Shown here: positions 50,902 to 64,000 of the stretch, piece after piece
Numbering within the stretch: position 1 is the first letter of the stretch
How the letters are laid out: every line of letters starts with the position of its first letter
Source of the DNA: Octopus vulgaris
Lineage: Eukaryota
Length of the DNA: 64,000 bases
Reading direction: 5' to 3'
Assembly (NCBI GenBank): GCA_951406725.2
Contig: OX597822.1
Location: forward strand, 57,908,001-57,972,000
The notes under the pieces: model-generated
The model's input: only the letters and a program-made list of their open reading frames with translations
The model's database searches: none
What the model was told of the DNA's origin: nothing
Program-made: the position numbers and the translations under genes

Positions 50902-53900
50902 TTCTAGAATATTTTCTTCTCACAAGACTTTTGAAATTTTTATTGTTAAAATATTGTTCTCCATTTTTAACTGCGAATCATGGTAAAAGAAATAGCAATA
51001 CCATTAGTCTCAGTTTGAAAAATATATCTCTGTTATTTAAGATTTAAGTGTTTGTTAAAGAATTTTGAAGAATTCTTTGAAAGATTTTGTTATTGTAATG
51101 TAAATTCTGGGTAAATTCAGATCCAGTATAGATTAAACTTAAGAAAATAGTGTGACTTGAATTGACCAAAATATGCTTGATAGATATAAACATTGTCACA
51201 TTTATGATTTTTGATGACACATAATTTATATTATTTATATATTTATTTAATTTATAACTTTTTTAATTTAAGAAGGAAGGAAATTGTTCATAGCTTTCTT
51301 AGTTCCTGAGGCTCTCCATAATCAGTAGCTGTTTGGCCCAAGTTCTGTTATCTGATTAAACTAAATTGAAGTTATTTGTCAATCAGATAATGGTTAAGAG
51401 AGAGCAGCATTTTGGAGGTGGTGTTTCTCAGACTTTTTTGATAAAGTTTAAAAAATCCTGCTGTAACTTTTGTGTTATTTGGTTATGTTAGCTAAACTTG
51501 CTACCTCTACGTGTCTATGACAGAAAGGCTATAATTCCACATATTTAAGTAAACTATATAGTAAACATTTCCATATGAAAAATGTATATTTAATGTTGAG
51601 GACAAACAGAACTGTAATCTCTAAGAGCATTTTATAATATAGTATATCGTTCCAATATTTATATCATAGTTACTGTCTATTACTTCACTTATCCATAAAG
51701 TGATGTATACACATATATGCATACATACACTTCAAGTAATCATAACCTGAATCGTTAATTGAATTTTCTTATTGGATAGATTTAATATATATTAATTCTA
51801 TATACTAGTCATATGTCTATTTCTGATATATGTCACAGTAATAATTTAACTGTTCTAAGTATATTATATAAAGCAAGTAGAACTGTTGAAGCATACAAAC
51901 CAAAGACACTCATCAATGATGCTGTGACTGAGTTGCAAAGATTGAGTTAGGTTTGTCACCTAAAGCATTAATAAGTTCAAATGCTAGCACCATATTTTGC
52001 ACTGTGGTATTGGACAACACACACTGGGCTACTTGCTTTAGCAAACCTAAATGAAATATATGTTACTTATTACTCTACTTCACACATTGAAGCTAGAGAA
52101 GCTGGTACATAGAGGTGTTGTATTTAAAGCAAGTTGGCAGACTGGTGGTATTTCTAACAAAACTCCCCTGAAAAGTGCATTTATGGTTGTATGGTTAAGA
52201 ATTATATTTTGTAACAAAGTAGTTCTTGGTTCGGCCCAACTGTGTGGTGACTTGCGCAAGTGTTTTCTACCTTAATCTTGGATTGACCAAAGCCTTGTGA
52301 ATGGAATTTGGTAAACAGAAGCTGTGCAGAAGACCTTGATATATATTTATGTGTGTGTGTGTGTACCTTTCAACAGTATATATTTGCAAAGGATGTAAAC
52401 ATGAATGAGAACACTGGAAAAATAGTGCTTTTCAAACAAGGTCCTTTGCGATTTTTGTTGTCATAAGTTACAGATGTTCCCATGTCACTCTGACCATCAG
52501 ATATGCAGTGCACCAGTGATTGACCTGTTAGAAGCCAGTGACTAGTGATACTTTTGTTTATTAATTGCAGTAGGAAATGAATGAAAATGTACATATACCT
52601 TTAGTATCACTCAAACCTCACATATAAATATACATTCATGGAAATGATAACAACACATGAAAAATTTTCTTGATGGATGATTCAGGGTTTATCTTTGCTG
52701 TCAATGTTGTTTCCTCTGAGGTCTTGAAGTACATCTGTTAATAATGTAAAATCTTACATAAATCTCATGACATCAGGAAAGATTGGTGATTTAACTGCTA
52801 TGTTCACAGATATCATAAAAAAATAACAGGTGAGCCAGGGAACTTAATATTTCCTCCCAACCAAATATCAATCATTTATTCGAAAATAAATGCTTTAGCA
52901 TTTCGTGTGAATTTTCAACCCATCAAACCTGCATGTACAGAAAATTGAATATGAAATGGCTGAAACCAGTTTTATTTATGAATTATTAGATTCCTATTTA
53001 ATAATCTGATCCTATATACAAGTAATAATGCAGTTATCACTTATATATGACCCAAAATTATTTATTTGCCAATATTTCCTGCCAACTAGGCCAGTGGACT
53101 GACAGAAACAGCTGAGTGTCAAAGAAAATGCCTTTCAGTATTTAGTTGTGACTATTTATGCCTAGTGGTTTGGGTGTTGAGTTTTGATTATAAGATTCAG
53201 CACCTAAATTTCGGAGCAAATTTTGTCCTTAAGCAAGGCACTTCATTTCACGTTGCTCTAGTCTACTCAACTGCAAGTGAGCACCAGCTGGCAGTTAACC
53301 TTGCAATGGACTGGCATCCCATTCAGTGGGGATTCCTTGTATTCTCAGTAACCTAATGAGCCAGCTATAGGCTTGAAACAGATTTTATCTCATTTTTTTT
53401 TATTTGTCTTGCTAGGATCATCTTTGCCAGGGTTAATAAAATAAGTACCAGTCAAGTACTGGGTGTGGTCTAATCAACTATATCCATCCCCTAAATTTGA
53501 GACCTTGTACTATTGTTATAAATTGATATTATGTGCCAATGAGAGAATCTTTATTCAGTCATACAATCTGTTAAAAATAACTGCCAAATTTCCATCAATT
53601 CATATCCTATTATCTTGAGACAATGTGGTCCTAGGTGAATTATGATTGAATGAAAGATGGAATGGTTGCAGCTGGAATGCCTTTGATCATAGGTCTGTTC
53701 TAGTAGAGCCAGCCTAGAACTGATCATAATATTTGCCAATACTATTATGAGCAGTTAAATTTGTATTAACTTCCAATATTTTTTCGTGTAATGATTATGT
53801 AAATTGAGGTGAAATATATTGTATTTTGAATTACATTTCTTAGATGTGGATACAATAGTGTGATTAGAATTCCTTCCCACTGCATGGCTCTGGGGACAAG

Positions 53901-54017
53901 TGTCTTCTACTGTAGCCTCAGTGACAGATACCTTGTGAGTGAAATTGATTGATAGAAGCAGCATGGAAGCTTGGCACGTGTGTATGTGTAGCTTTATATG
54001 CATGTGTGAATGCATGC

Positions 54018-54055
<38 letters not shown>

Positions 54056-54474
54056 GTATGTGTAGGTGCATGCATGTATTTGTGGTCCCATCTATATCTT
54101 GACATTTTTTACACATTTGAAGTATAAGGCACTGTCACCATTTAGGCAGTGTCAATTTTTACATATCCGGCCACTGCATAGTTTGTTGTACAAAAGGCCA
54201 ATACCTTGCTTGAGAACAAGTAAGGATTGGTGACAGCAAAGATATCATCATCATCATCATCATTCATTTAGCGTCTGTTTTCCATGCTAGCATGGGTTGG
54301 ACGGTTCAACTGGGGTCTGGGGAACCCGAAGGCTGCACCAGGCCAGTCAGATCTGGCAGACACTCATAAAATATGGCCTCAACTAAATCTTATCCAATCC
54401 ATACCAACTTGGTAAAAGCAGCCATAAAAATATGAGCATTGTAGCTCACTTGAAGCATTGCAGTATAGAAGTAG

Positions 54475-54700
54475 AAACATGAGTGAAATGAGAAATAAGG
54501 AAAGCTTCTAACAATACAGCAAGTTTTAAAAACCTTTATATTTTGGGCACAAAGCCCATCTTCAGAAGAATACAGTCAAATGAATGTGTGTTTTTGACTG
54601 TATTCTTCTGAAGATGGGTCTTTGCACCAGAAATATAATGGATTTTTTGAACTCTCTGCATTGTTAGAAACTTTTCATATTTCTCATTTCATTCATTTTT
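54475..54700. repeat. Palindrome with a hammerhead-like core in each arm (Penelope-type pLTR remnant)
   Basis: Arms of ~105 nt around a short spacer. Each arm, read away from the centre, has CTGAAGA-TGGG..CC-(G/A)AAA-TATA. Confidence 0.7.
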
Positions 54701-55471
54701 AGACATAAAATATTGAAGGTGACAATTGTGATGGTGATGATAACAATGTTTCTTACAGTGTGAAAATGTGGATTATGGCTTACTTGGTGGTTGTGAGGGT
54801 GAAGACTATCTCATTGACACAACTACTTGTTGCTGTAGAAGGCTGAAAGACAGTTTTAACATTGCTTGTATAGTTAGTTGATGTCAACGAATTTCAAGTT
54901 TTGTCTAAACAATGAACATATGAAGTTAATCTCAAACGATAAGTGAGTTGGAAGAAGTTGATATGGAACTTACAGAATTATGGATGAATATTTAATCATA
55001 AGGTTATAAAGCCCCTTGAATTAAAGACTGCAAGTAATATTTGGTTCAAAGTCCAGTGAGAAAATGAGTGTAGATCATTAAAAGTGGAGATGTTGATTAG
55101 ATGACTTGTTGAATGGGGACATGATGTTAAGTTTGTTGGAGCAGAGTAGATAACAGAGACTGGAGACTTTGCATAATGAGAGCTTGTGCCTAGAGTAGAA
55201 AGGAATTAGAGCAAATGCTTCGGTAATTTTTGTTAATAATTATCTAAATTGTTTGTACAGAATGAGAAATGGTTATTTTTAATAATCTAGTGAGAATACA
55301 ATCCTCACCTATATATTCATCAGTGTACAACAATGAAGCAAAGCTTGTTGACAAGACAACTTGCTTTCTTCTGAGCAAAGCCTAGAAAGAGGATGATGTG
55401 GAGAGTAATTTCATTTAGTGAGGAACACATTATTTAGAAGTGAGATAGATGGAGCTAATCAGAACTGGTAT

Positions 55472-55710
55472 GAAGGTGGCGAGCTGGCAGAAACGTTAGC
55501 ATGCTGGACGAAATGTTTAGCGGTATTTCGTCTGCCGCTACGTTCTGAGTTCAAATTCCGCCAGGGTTGACTTTGCCTTTCATCCTTTCAGGGTCGATTA
55601 AATAAGTACCAGTTATGCACTGGGGTCGATATAATCGCCTTAATCCGTTTGTCTGTCCTTGTTTGTCCCCATCTGTGTGTAGCCCCTTGTGAGCAATAAA
55701 GAAATAAGAA
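55472..55710 (+). mobile_element. SINE family A
   Basis: Full head, core and tail as at 7051. Flanked by repeated AGAACTG(G/A)TATG (55461 and about 55707). Confidence 0.8.
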
Positions 55711-56885
55711 CTGATATGTATCTAATGCAAAAAGGATAAAAAAAAAAGAAACAGCTACAGCAGTAAATGTATTTCTGACCTGCTGAACATCCAATAGGTT
55801 GTAATATACTTATAGTCAAAAGGAGTGTGTCATCTCAAGCAGAAAAATAATATACAGTAATGAGCTGTACATGGGCCTTCAAGAAGTTTATGTACAGTTC
55901 ATTATACTTGAGTTTTAGATACTTCTGAAACCTGAATGTAAAGCCAGAAATGTGAGACAATAATAGCATATGTGCTTTTCTTGTGCTACTTATGAAAGAG
56001 ACTTTGTCGGCAAAGATGAAAAACTCCAGAGTTTCATTGTTGTAATCAGACAAGACAATCTCCTATTCTGATTCCAACTTTATTAATCCAATACTGGAGA
56101 TAATCTACAAGGAAATACTGTTGATTACTCTGGTATATTATGATTTTCACCATTGAATGAGTGAGCCATAGTTTATAACTCTCATGTAGATCAATGATGA
56201 AAATGACAGTGTATTTGTGTATATGCATATATTCACTTGTACACATATGTATATAAATTCATATACACATCACACACATATTTCTGTATTGAGGTTAATT
56301 GTATGGAACACAAATATGGACTTAGCAATTAACCATACAGATACACACAAACATATGTTTGTGTGTCTGTGTGTGTTTGTATCATCTTTATCCACCAATG
56401 TCTTGCTTGGCAGATATGAGATGCATCTCCTTGACATTTAGTTATAGGCAGGTTAACATAAAGATCTGCTCTGAATTACCCTAGGTTTCATAATCTCGAT
56501 ACTCATTTCTTGGTATCATTAATGTGATCTGAGGCAATCAGAGAAGACTAATGTAACATAGTTGACTCAAAATAATACCATAAATTGTATGAAAGCTACA
56601 TATTTCATTCCATTACTCAATTCAATCAATATTTGTATTTTACCTAATTTACCTAATGCAACAAGGTCAAAGATTGATTATATATAAATATATAAGACAA
56701 GGCTTAAATAATGGTCATTGCAAATTTCTTTATTATAGTAAAGAAATGTGCAATATAGAATGGTGATGACCTATAACCTAAGACCCTGCCACAAGGATAC
56801 ACCAAGTTCTTTACTGATTTAAGCAATACTAACAGAGCTTATAAAGTATTTTACCCAGATAGATAATCCCTCACTAACAATTCTG

Positions 56886-56926
<41 letters not shown>

Positions 56927-56931
<5 letters not shown>

Positions 56932-57313
56932 CAAAACACCCACCGTCCAATGGACGGTGCTGGGTTGTCAAACATTTAAACTAAATTTTCTCAAAACAAC
57001 TTGTCCGACTGTCCCATTTTGTGGCATTATTTCAAGCCAGACAGCTTTTTTTGTGCAAACTGCAGGTGCATTTTCTCGTGTACATGTAGTATTGATCACA
57101 ACAGCTGATGTACTTGCCTGTACAAATGCACGTTTCCATGGCTTTATCAATCGCATTCTCACCTGGAATCGATTTTTGTAATTTTTTCAAGACTTATACA
57201 TGCCCTGATACCGTCGGTATCTACATATCAAATTTGAGTGCAATCAGATGGAGGATGCCCGAGATCCTAGAAGACACACACACAGACAGACAGAAAGGAT
57301 TTTATATAATAGA
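56927..57313 (-). mobile_element. Non-autonomous Helitron-like element
   Basis: Minus strand starts A|TCTATTATATAAAA followed by (TCTG)n. Perfect subterminal hairpin CACCGTCCA-A-TGGACGGTG at 56941-56959; the 3' CTRR end is degenerate. Confidence 0.65.
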
Positions 57314-57960
57314 TAGTGTAAATTACAATCAAAATCCTATTCTGAAACCCTAGGTATGTTAATAGAATGGATTTGTCAGTTAACTGGAGATTTGACTCTA
57401 TACCAACAATTTGGCTGGTAGAAAAATGAAACACATTCACACACTAGTTTTAATAAATAGGATAGAAAGTACTCAATACTAATGGAGTGTAATATTTTAT
57501 TCAGACTGATCTGAAGAAACATATCAACTTGAATAATTTGGCACTGCTTGTGTGGTTAAGAAATTCACTTCCCAACCACATAGCTTTAGGTTCAGTCTTC
57601 CTGCATGGTATCTTAGGCATATATCTTCTACTATTGCTTAAGGCTAACCAAACCTTTGCAAGTGGATTTGGTAGATGGAAACTGGATCACAAGATAGTGT
57701 AAATATTGTAAGATAGTTGTAAATAAGCATCACCGTCATACAAATTTTGTCTTTTATTTCCAGTCTTCCACAAAAAACATGTTCAATCATGGGGAAGCAT
57801 TACCTTTCTTTGAAACAGGTAAGCATAGGTGACAGGAAAGGTATATGAGCATAGAAAATCTGTCACAATTCCCCACTTGGCCCAGGCAAACATTGAAAAT
57901 GTGTTGAAACTAGAATAATGATTATATATATATTATATTTGCATATGTATACACACATAT

Positions 57961-58127
57961 AGGCACAGGAGTGGCTGTGTTGTAAGAAGCTTGCTTACCA
58001 ACCACATGGTTCTGGGTTCAGTCCCACTGCTTGGCACCTTGGGCAAGTGTTTTCAACTATAACCTCTGGCTGACCATAGCCTTGTGAGTGGATTTGGTAG
58101 ACAGAAACTGAAAGAAGCCTGTCGTAA

Positions 58128-58159
<32 letters not shown>

Positions 58160-58350
58160 TTGTTTGTATCCCCACCATCATTTGACAACCGATGTTGGCA
58201 TGTTTACATGTTTGTAACTTAGCGGTTTGGCAAAAGTGACTGATAGAATAAGTGCAAGGCTTACAAAGAATAAGTCCTGGGGTGATTTGGTCAACTAAGG
58301 GCAGTGCTCCAGCATGGCTGCAGTCAAATGACTAAAACGAATTAAAGAAC
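57961..58350 (+). mobile_element. tRNA-derived SINE, family B (GGCTGTGTGGTAAGAAGCTTGCTT head, internal microsatellite)
   Basis: Full-length copy. Many partial copies occur across the window in both orientations. Confidence 0.8.
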
Positions 58351-61300
58351 ATAACAAATATTCTTTTGTAGTTGTGAAAGCCAAAGTACCTCAACAGTTT
58401 ATTTTTATACAAATTTACACAGCTGTTTTTTTTACTCTTCTGTGGATTGAATACTCTTGTAAAAAATTTTTATACATATACATACAAGTGTGTGTATAAT
58501 ATATATGTATATATTGTACACAGTAAAAAGCTTGCTTCCCAACCACATAGTTCCACGTTCAATCCCACTACGTGATACCTTGGACAAGTGTCTTCTACTA
58601 TAGCCTTGTGAGTGGATTTGGTAGACGGAAACTGAAAGAACCCTGTCATATATATATATGTATGTTTGTGTGTATGAATCTATGTGTGTGTCTTTGTGTC
58701 TGTATTTATTGCCCCACCACCACTTGACAACTGGTGTTGGTGTGTGTATGTCCCCATAACTTAGCTGTTCAGCAAAAGAATAAGAACTAGGCTTAAACAG
58801 AAAAGTCCAGAGGTTGATTTTTTCCACTGAAACCCTTCATGGTGGTACCCCAGCTTGGTTGCAGTCAATTGACTGAAACAAGATGATATATATATATATA
58901 TATATATATTGATTTGTTGGATGTACAATTCCTGTTTCATTCCATAGTCACAGGATTAGGTGAAATAAAGTAGTTAATATTTGTTTTCTTGTTGGTAAGT
59001 GTACAGTACAAAGCAGTTGGAAGCTAGTTAACTCCTTGATTCAATAATGATTCTTATAAATAGCTCATAGCTTTCATTTTGTGATTGCTGTGAAAAGTCG
59101 TCTTTCTCCTCCCCTGTAACATAACTATGTTGGAAATATTTTTTAGTAAGGTGGCGAGTTGGCAGAAATGTTAGCATGCTGGGCAAAATGCTTAAGGGTA
59201 TTTCATCTGTCAAGTACCAGTTGCATACTGGGTCAATCTAATCAACTGGCCCCCTGCCCAGAAATTTCAGGCCTTGTGTCTAGAGTAGAAAAGAAATATT
59301 TTTTAGTAACTGTATCAACTAGTATAGCAGATCTGAAAGATCATGATTTTAAACCTTTCTTGTTCTTGCTTAGCCCTTACTAAGCCCTGATGAAGTGGGC
59401 CTATGACCAGAGGTGTTTTCAGCTGCAAGTGATCTGTTTTTGTTTTTCAGGCATAGTGTATTTAGGACCACACTGAATAACATGTCCTTCCTTTTTTAAG
59501 GATGTTAAAATATTATTTGAAAGAGTTTGCTTCTATCAGCCAAGCTAAAAACAGATGTGATTTTATTTTCTCAGTTGAATGATTAACTTTAATTTTTAAA
59601 AATTTATAAAATTTTATGCAAATCTTACAAGAAGATCCTCACAGAAAAGTCTGTCATGATTTGAGTGTTGGAGCTCTTCCCTACATTTAACCTTAACCTG
59701 CAGCAGATCAGAGGTTACCTGTGAAAAATTAACCTCATTGGTAAGGCTTAATGCATATTTTCAGCAAATTAGTTGATAAAAAGGAAATGAAAAACATGCC
59801 TTTAAAAATCTCCTATAAATATCTATATTTGCAGAACCATCATACCCATAACTAACATTGATAAACATGTTAGCAATGAGTAAGATGTTTTATATTGGAA
59901 AAACAAAAACAATCAGAAAATAGGTATCTACAGAGAGCCTTGTTGCAAAAATATTCTAATCTTACTGTGTGTTTTAATCTTGGTTCCATAATTATTCTAA
60001 TGTTGGTACCACGGTTTTGATTGCTGGAAGACTGGAATTACAAATATTGTTTATAGTTAAACACATGGAGTAGCAACACTGTATAACACAGTATATATTT
60101 ATTATGTGTTATATGGTGTTGTTACATATTGATAATTTATTGAAGATGTTTTTCTTCTCCTCTTAGCTGCTAGATTTGCAACCTCATCCATTCAGCCTCA
60201 CCAATGAAATAATTCTATAATTTACATTTATCATAGACTTGTGAGGTTCATTTTATTTATAACATCTCCTGCAACAATCTGTCTGTGATATCTCCATTTG
60301 AGGTTGGTAGACTTAATCTGTTGTATGGTTTACACCACCACTTGGCCTTTGGGGAGTACACTCTGATAAAAGCAGAGTACACTGGTCTGAGTATAATTTC
60401 CGTCCTTCTTGCCACAAGTCTTGGAGTCCCTGAAAAGCATTACAGGTGCTGCTCTTCCTTAATTTTTTTTATAAAATTCATCAATGATCTTCCACAATGA
60501 ATCCTACTGTATGTCTTATTAAACTTTTTGGACATATGCACTGTAGCAATAATTAATTACAAACTATTCACTTGTGATCAGTTTGTACAACAAACTAAGG
60601 ATTATAAACTGTTGCTGAATACATATTTTTTTTATTGTAGGTTTATGTCATGTTTTCATTTTTTTTTTTCTTTTGATAAGCTATGATAGCAATAAGGTCA
60701 ATATTAAAGCTCAGCTATGCCATTTGTGGCATCAATTAAATGGATATAAGCATGGCTGTGTGGTTTAAATGTTTGCTTTACAATCATGTGGATCCAGGTT
60801 CAATACCACTGTATGACACCTTAGGCAAGTGTCTTTTACCATAGACTTGTATTGACCAATATTTTGCAAGTAGAAACTGGACAGAATACATATATACACA
60901 TGTATATATGCACAAAAATATACTATATATAGATAAATATATGTATATATATATTCATACTTATTATATACGTGCCTATCACTGATGCATCTCAATAAGA
61001 AAACTGACAAACTAATGCTTTTTGAATAAAGTTGTGATATTTGTTCTGTCATAAATTATAAAGACACTCCCTTGTTACTTTCACAATTGGAAATACAATG
61101 AATCAGTGAGTAGTACATTGGAAACCTGTAACTGACAATACCATTATCTACCAATTGTAATATAATATAAAATAAAATAAAAATGAAACAAACAAATGTG
61201 AACAGGATGCTACTAGACGTGTAGTGAGGAGGAGGATTTTTTTTTTCCCTGCAAGTTATATTTGGAGAGAAATGGAATAAAATGTCTTGCTCAAGAATAT

Positions 61301-61789
61301 ACCATAAAGCCTACTGCAAAACATAGGTGATCTCTATCTTGCAAGCATTTGTAGTATGATCTCATAAGTACTTTATCGTTTGATTGAAACTCAATGCAAT
61401 AGCAACTTTAGTCAAGCATGTAATTTTTTTTTTTTTAATAAAACATTTCAAGCTCTTTTGTTCTGTGTAATTTATGCCAGTTGTTTATTTATGTAAACAA
61501 GAAATTTCAGGTTTTATTGTTTTCTTTTAATGAATTAACTTGAATAATAAATGGTTTTATTTTTACTTTCATATATTTCTTCAATTACATTACCTTACAC
61601 ACCATTCAAGTGCACGGTTGAAAAATTTGCTTCCCAACCACATGGTTTTGATTTCAGTCCTACTGTGTGGCACCTTGTACAAGTGTTTTCTATTTTGGTC
61701 AGCATGAAGCCAACCAAAGTCTTGTGAGAGAAATTGAAAAAAGCCCATCATATGTGTATGAGTGTTTTTATTTTATTACATGATAGTCA

Positions 61790-62162
61790 TCTCTCTCTAT
61801 ATAAACGGCAGTTTGTCTGTGCGTGTTTCTGTGTGTCTGTTTGCTTGTACCCTCACCCTGACCACGGCTTTCAACCGATTCTGATGAAACTTGACACACA
61901 CATAGCCCAATGTCATAATTCAAAACTAACGCAGCGAAAATTTTGAAAAGTTCCCCCAGTTCTGAAAAAAATCGATAAATTCGACATGGGGTCGAGAATC
62001 AGAAACACGAACCACACACTGTCTAGGGGACGCAACTCCACCTTTTTTAAATCTCAAAAAAAAATTTACCATCATTTTTTCCATTTTTTGGCTATAACTC
62101 TCTAAAAATGCTTTATAGTTATTTCCCTTACAAACCTGAGCAACGCCGGCCGATACTGCTAG
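61790..62162 (+). mobile_element. Non-autonomous Helitron inserted in a SINE
   Basis: A|TC start and CTAG|T end, no TSD, subterminal GC-rich hairpin CCTGAGCAACGCCGG, (TCTG/TGTG)n near the 5' end. Confidence 0.8.
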
Positions 62163-64000
62163 TAAGTCATACAGGCAGTGTCACTCATTTTCAATATTCT
62201 GTATAAACATGTCTGACTATGGGGAAATATTGCTTTTCTTGGAAACAAGTGAGGGTGAGTGACAGGAAGGTTATCTAGCCTTAGAAAATCTGCCTCAAGA
62301 AACTCAATTCAACACATGCAAGCATGGAAAGTAAACATCAAAGTTATAGGATGGCCTGTTGTGCTTGAGGAGACCTATTGAGTCAAGTACATCAATATCA
62401 AAATAAAAATCAATGGAAATTGTAGCTGTGATACTTGTTCCAGTGGCACGTAAAAAGTACCAACTGATCACGAACGTTGCCAACCTCCTCTGGCCTCTGT
62501 GCCAGTGGCACGTAAAAAACACCCATTACACCCATGGAATGGTTGGTGTTAGGAAGGGCATCCAGCTGTAGAAACACTGCCAGATCAGACTGGAGCCTGG
62601 TGCAACCTCCTGGCTTCCCAGACTCCGGTCAAACCCTCCAACCCATGCTAACATATAAAACGGACGTTAAATGATGATTATATATATATATAAGGTTTTG
62701 AAATGGTTTCTATCAACAACAAAATTAATTCACAAATCTTTGGTCAGCTTGAAGCTACAGTAAAAGACACTTGCCCAAAGTGGCACTGAATTTGAAATCA
62801 GTTTCAAAGCAAACTTCTTAACCATACTGCAATGCCTTTGTGAATATTTTAGTACAACAAATATGATTCACCCCACCTCTTCCTAGTGAGCATAATAACT
62901 AATCAATTTTAACAGCAGGATTATGGCTCTGTACAAATTACATCCCACAAAACCTCTATCAATTTCATTTGATGTTTTTCCACAAAGCCATCAGTCTGAT
63001 CTGGATTAAGTAAAAAATTAGTTGTTATATAAGCGATTTGGAACATTGTACCACTGTCAGTTATTGATTGTTTATCGTTCCAAAGAAGATTCAAGACTGT
63101 GCACACTTCTTACACTAGAAAACTTTATATAATATTTCCTATAAAACTAGCATTTTATAAAGTTATCAGAACAATTATGAAAATGCTTATACATGGGTTC
63201 ACTGAAGTCTACTGCTAATGACTTGCTTATATTATTTCTATGTAACAATTGCAGGTTGTAATAATAGTCTTATTAATACTTATTGATTAATATTCCTGTT
63301 GATTGTGAATTGTGGAAGCAAAATTTTATATAGAAAGAAATATCTAAGTTAGAGAGATCTCGAAATTTTTAAATGGGTAGTTTTCTTTGAAATATTACTT
63401 ACAAATTTAATATATTCTTATTGAAATATGTTAAGAAATTATAAGATTTGAAAAATGTATAAACTCTATTGATACAAAAGCATAAAAATATAGTTTGAGA
63501 TGAGGAAACTTTTGTTAAAAATTGACTTATTTTTCACTCAAATATACTCAAACCTAATATGAAAACCTGTGACATTAAAAGCAGCTTGTGATTTCCCCCA
63601 CCTTCTCAATTTTTTTTGATTAACAGATTTATATTTATACATTGAATACTATGGGGGTGTCTTTTATAATCCTGATTATTATTGTAACTAAGGCAGTGAG
63701 CTATAAGAATCATTAAAGCATTAGAAGAAAAGGAATGCTTTGCAATGTTTGCTTCAGCTCTCCACATGCTGAGTTCAAATCCCATTGAGGTCACCTTTGC
63801 CCTTAGTCTTTTCAGGATCAATGAAATATAGTACCAGTCAAGTACTGAAGTCATTGTAATCAACAACCACCCACCAAAATACTGGCCTTGTGCCAAAATT
63901 TGAAATAATTGTAATTATTATTTAGCAAATAGTTTAAAATTGATTGTCTTTCCTACCATATAAAAATGTAACCAAAATCATAGGCACAGGCATGGCTATG

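Noticed and set aside
59385-59425. CTGATGA as a hammerhead core or C box
   Set aside because: No GAAA or stems follow. It belongs to a dispersed repeat (..GACCTATGATCAAAG..) also seen near 40640 and 53680.
60380-60500. CR1/L2-like RT traces (GVP..FINDLP); also about 24060-24100 and 26690-26760
   Set aside because: Only a few residues are recognisable and boundaries cannot be set.
1-64000. CRISPR array, operon or prokaryotic defence system
   Set aside because: The DNA is eukaryotic with spliceosomal introns. There are no regularly spaced repeat-spacer arrays and no long intact ORFs.

Overview
AT-rich, repeat-dense animal genomic DNA, probably an octopus (inferred from the SINE families, not proven). 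It holds two complete spliced genes on the + strand. RPS21 (40S protein eS21, 83 aa) has a 5'TOP non-coding exon and 5 coding exons at about 6477-14951. NME6 (nucleoside diphosphate kinase 6, 177 aa) has 6 coding exons at 25947-50300. RPS21 introns carry four box H/ACA snoRNAs in two paralogous pairs. One pair has a pocket matching the 18S m1acp3-psi site (human 1248, SNORA13/snR35-like). The other pair appears to be a dual guide for the 18S psi1238 and psi36 equivalents. NME6 intron 1 contains a decayed ~315-nt tandem repeat with one type I hammerhead fold per unit (retrozyme-like), split by a mariner insertion. Palindromic Penelope-type remnants with hammerhead-like cores occur elsewhere. 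The rest is decayed Tc1/mariner, Helitron, hAT and piggyBac-type MITEs, RTE/RLE/Gypsy/Penelope fragments, many tRNA-derived SINEs and microsatellites. Most ORFs in the supplied track are spurious. All calls were made by eye; rRNA and protein reference sequences are recalled, not searched.
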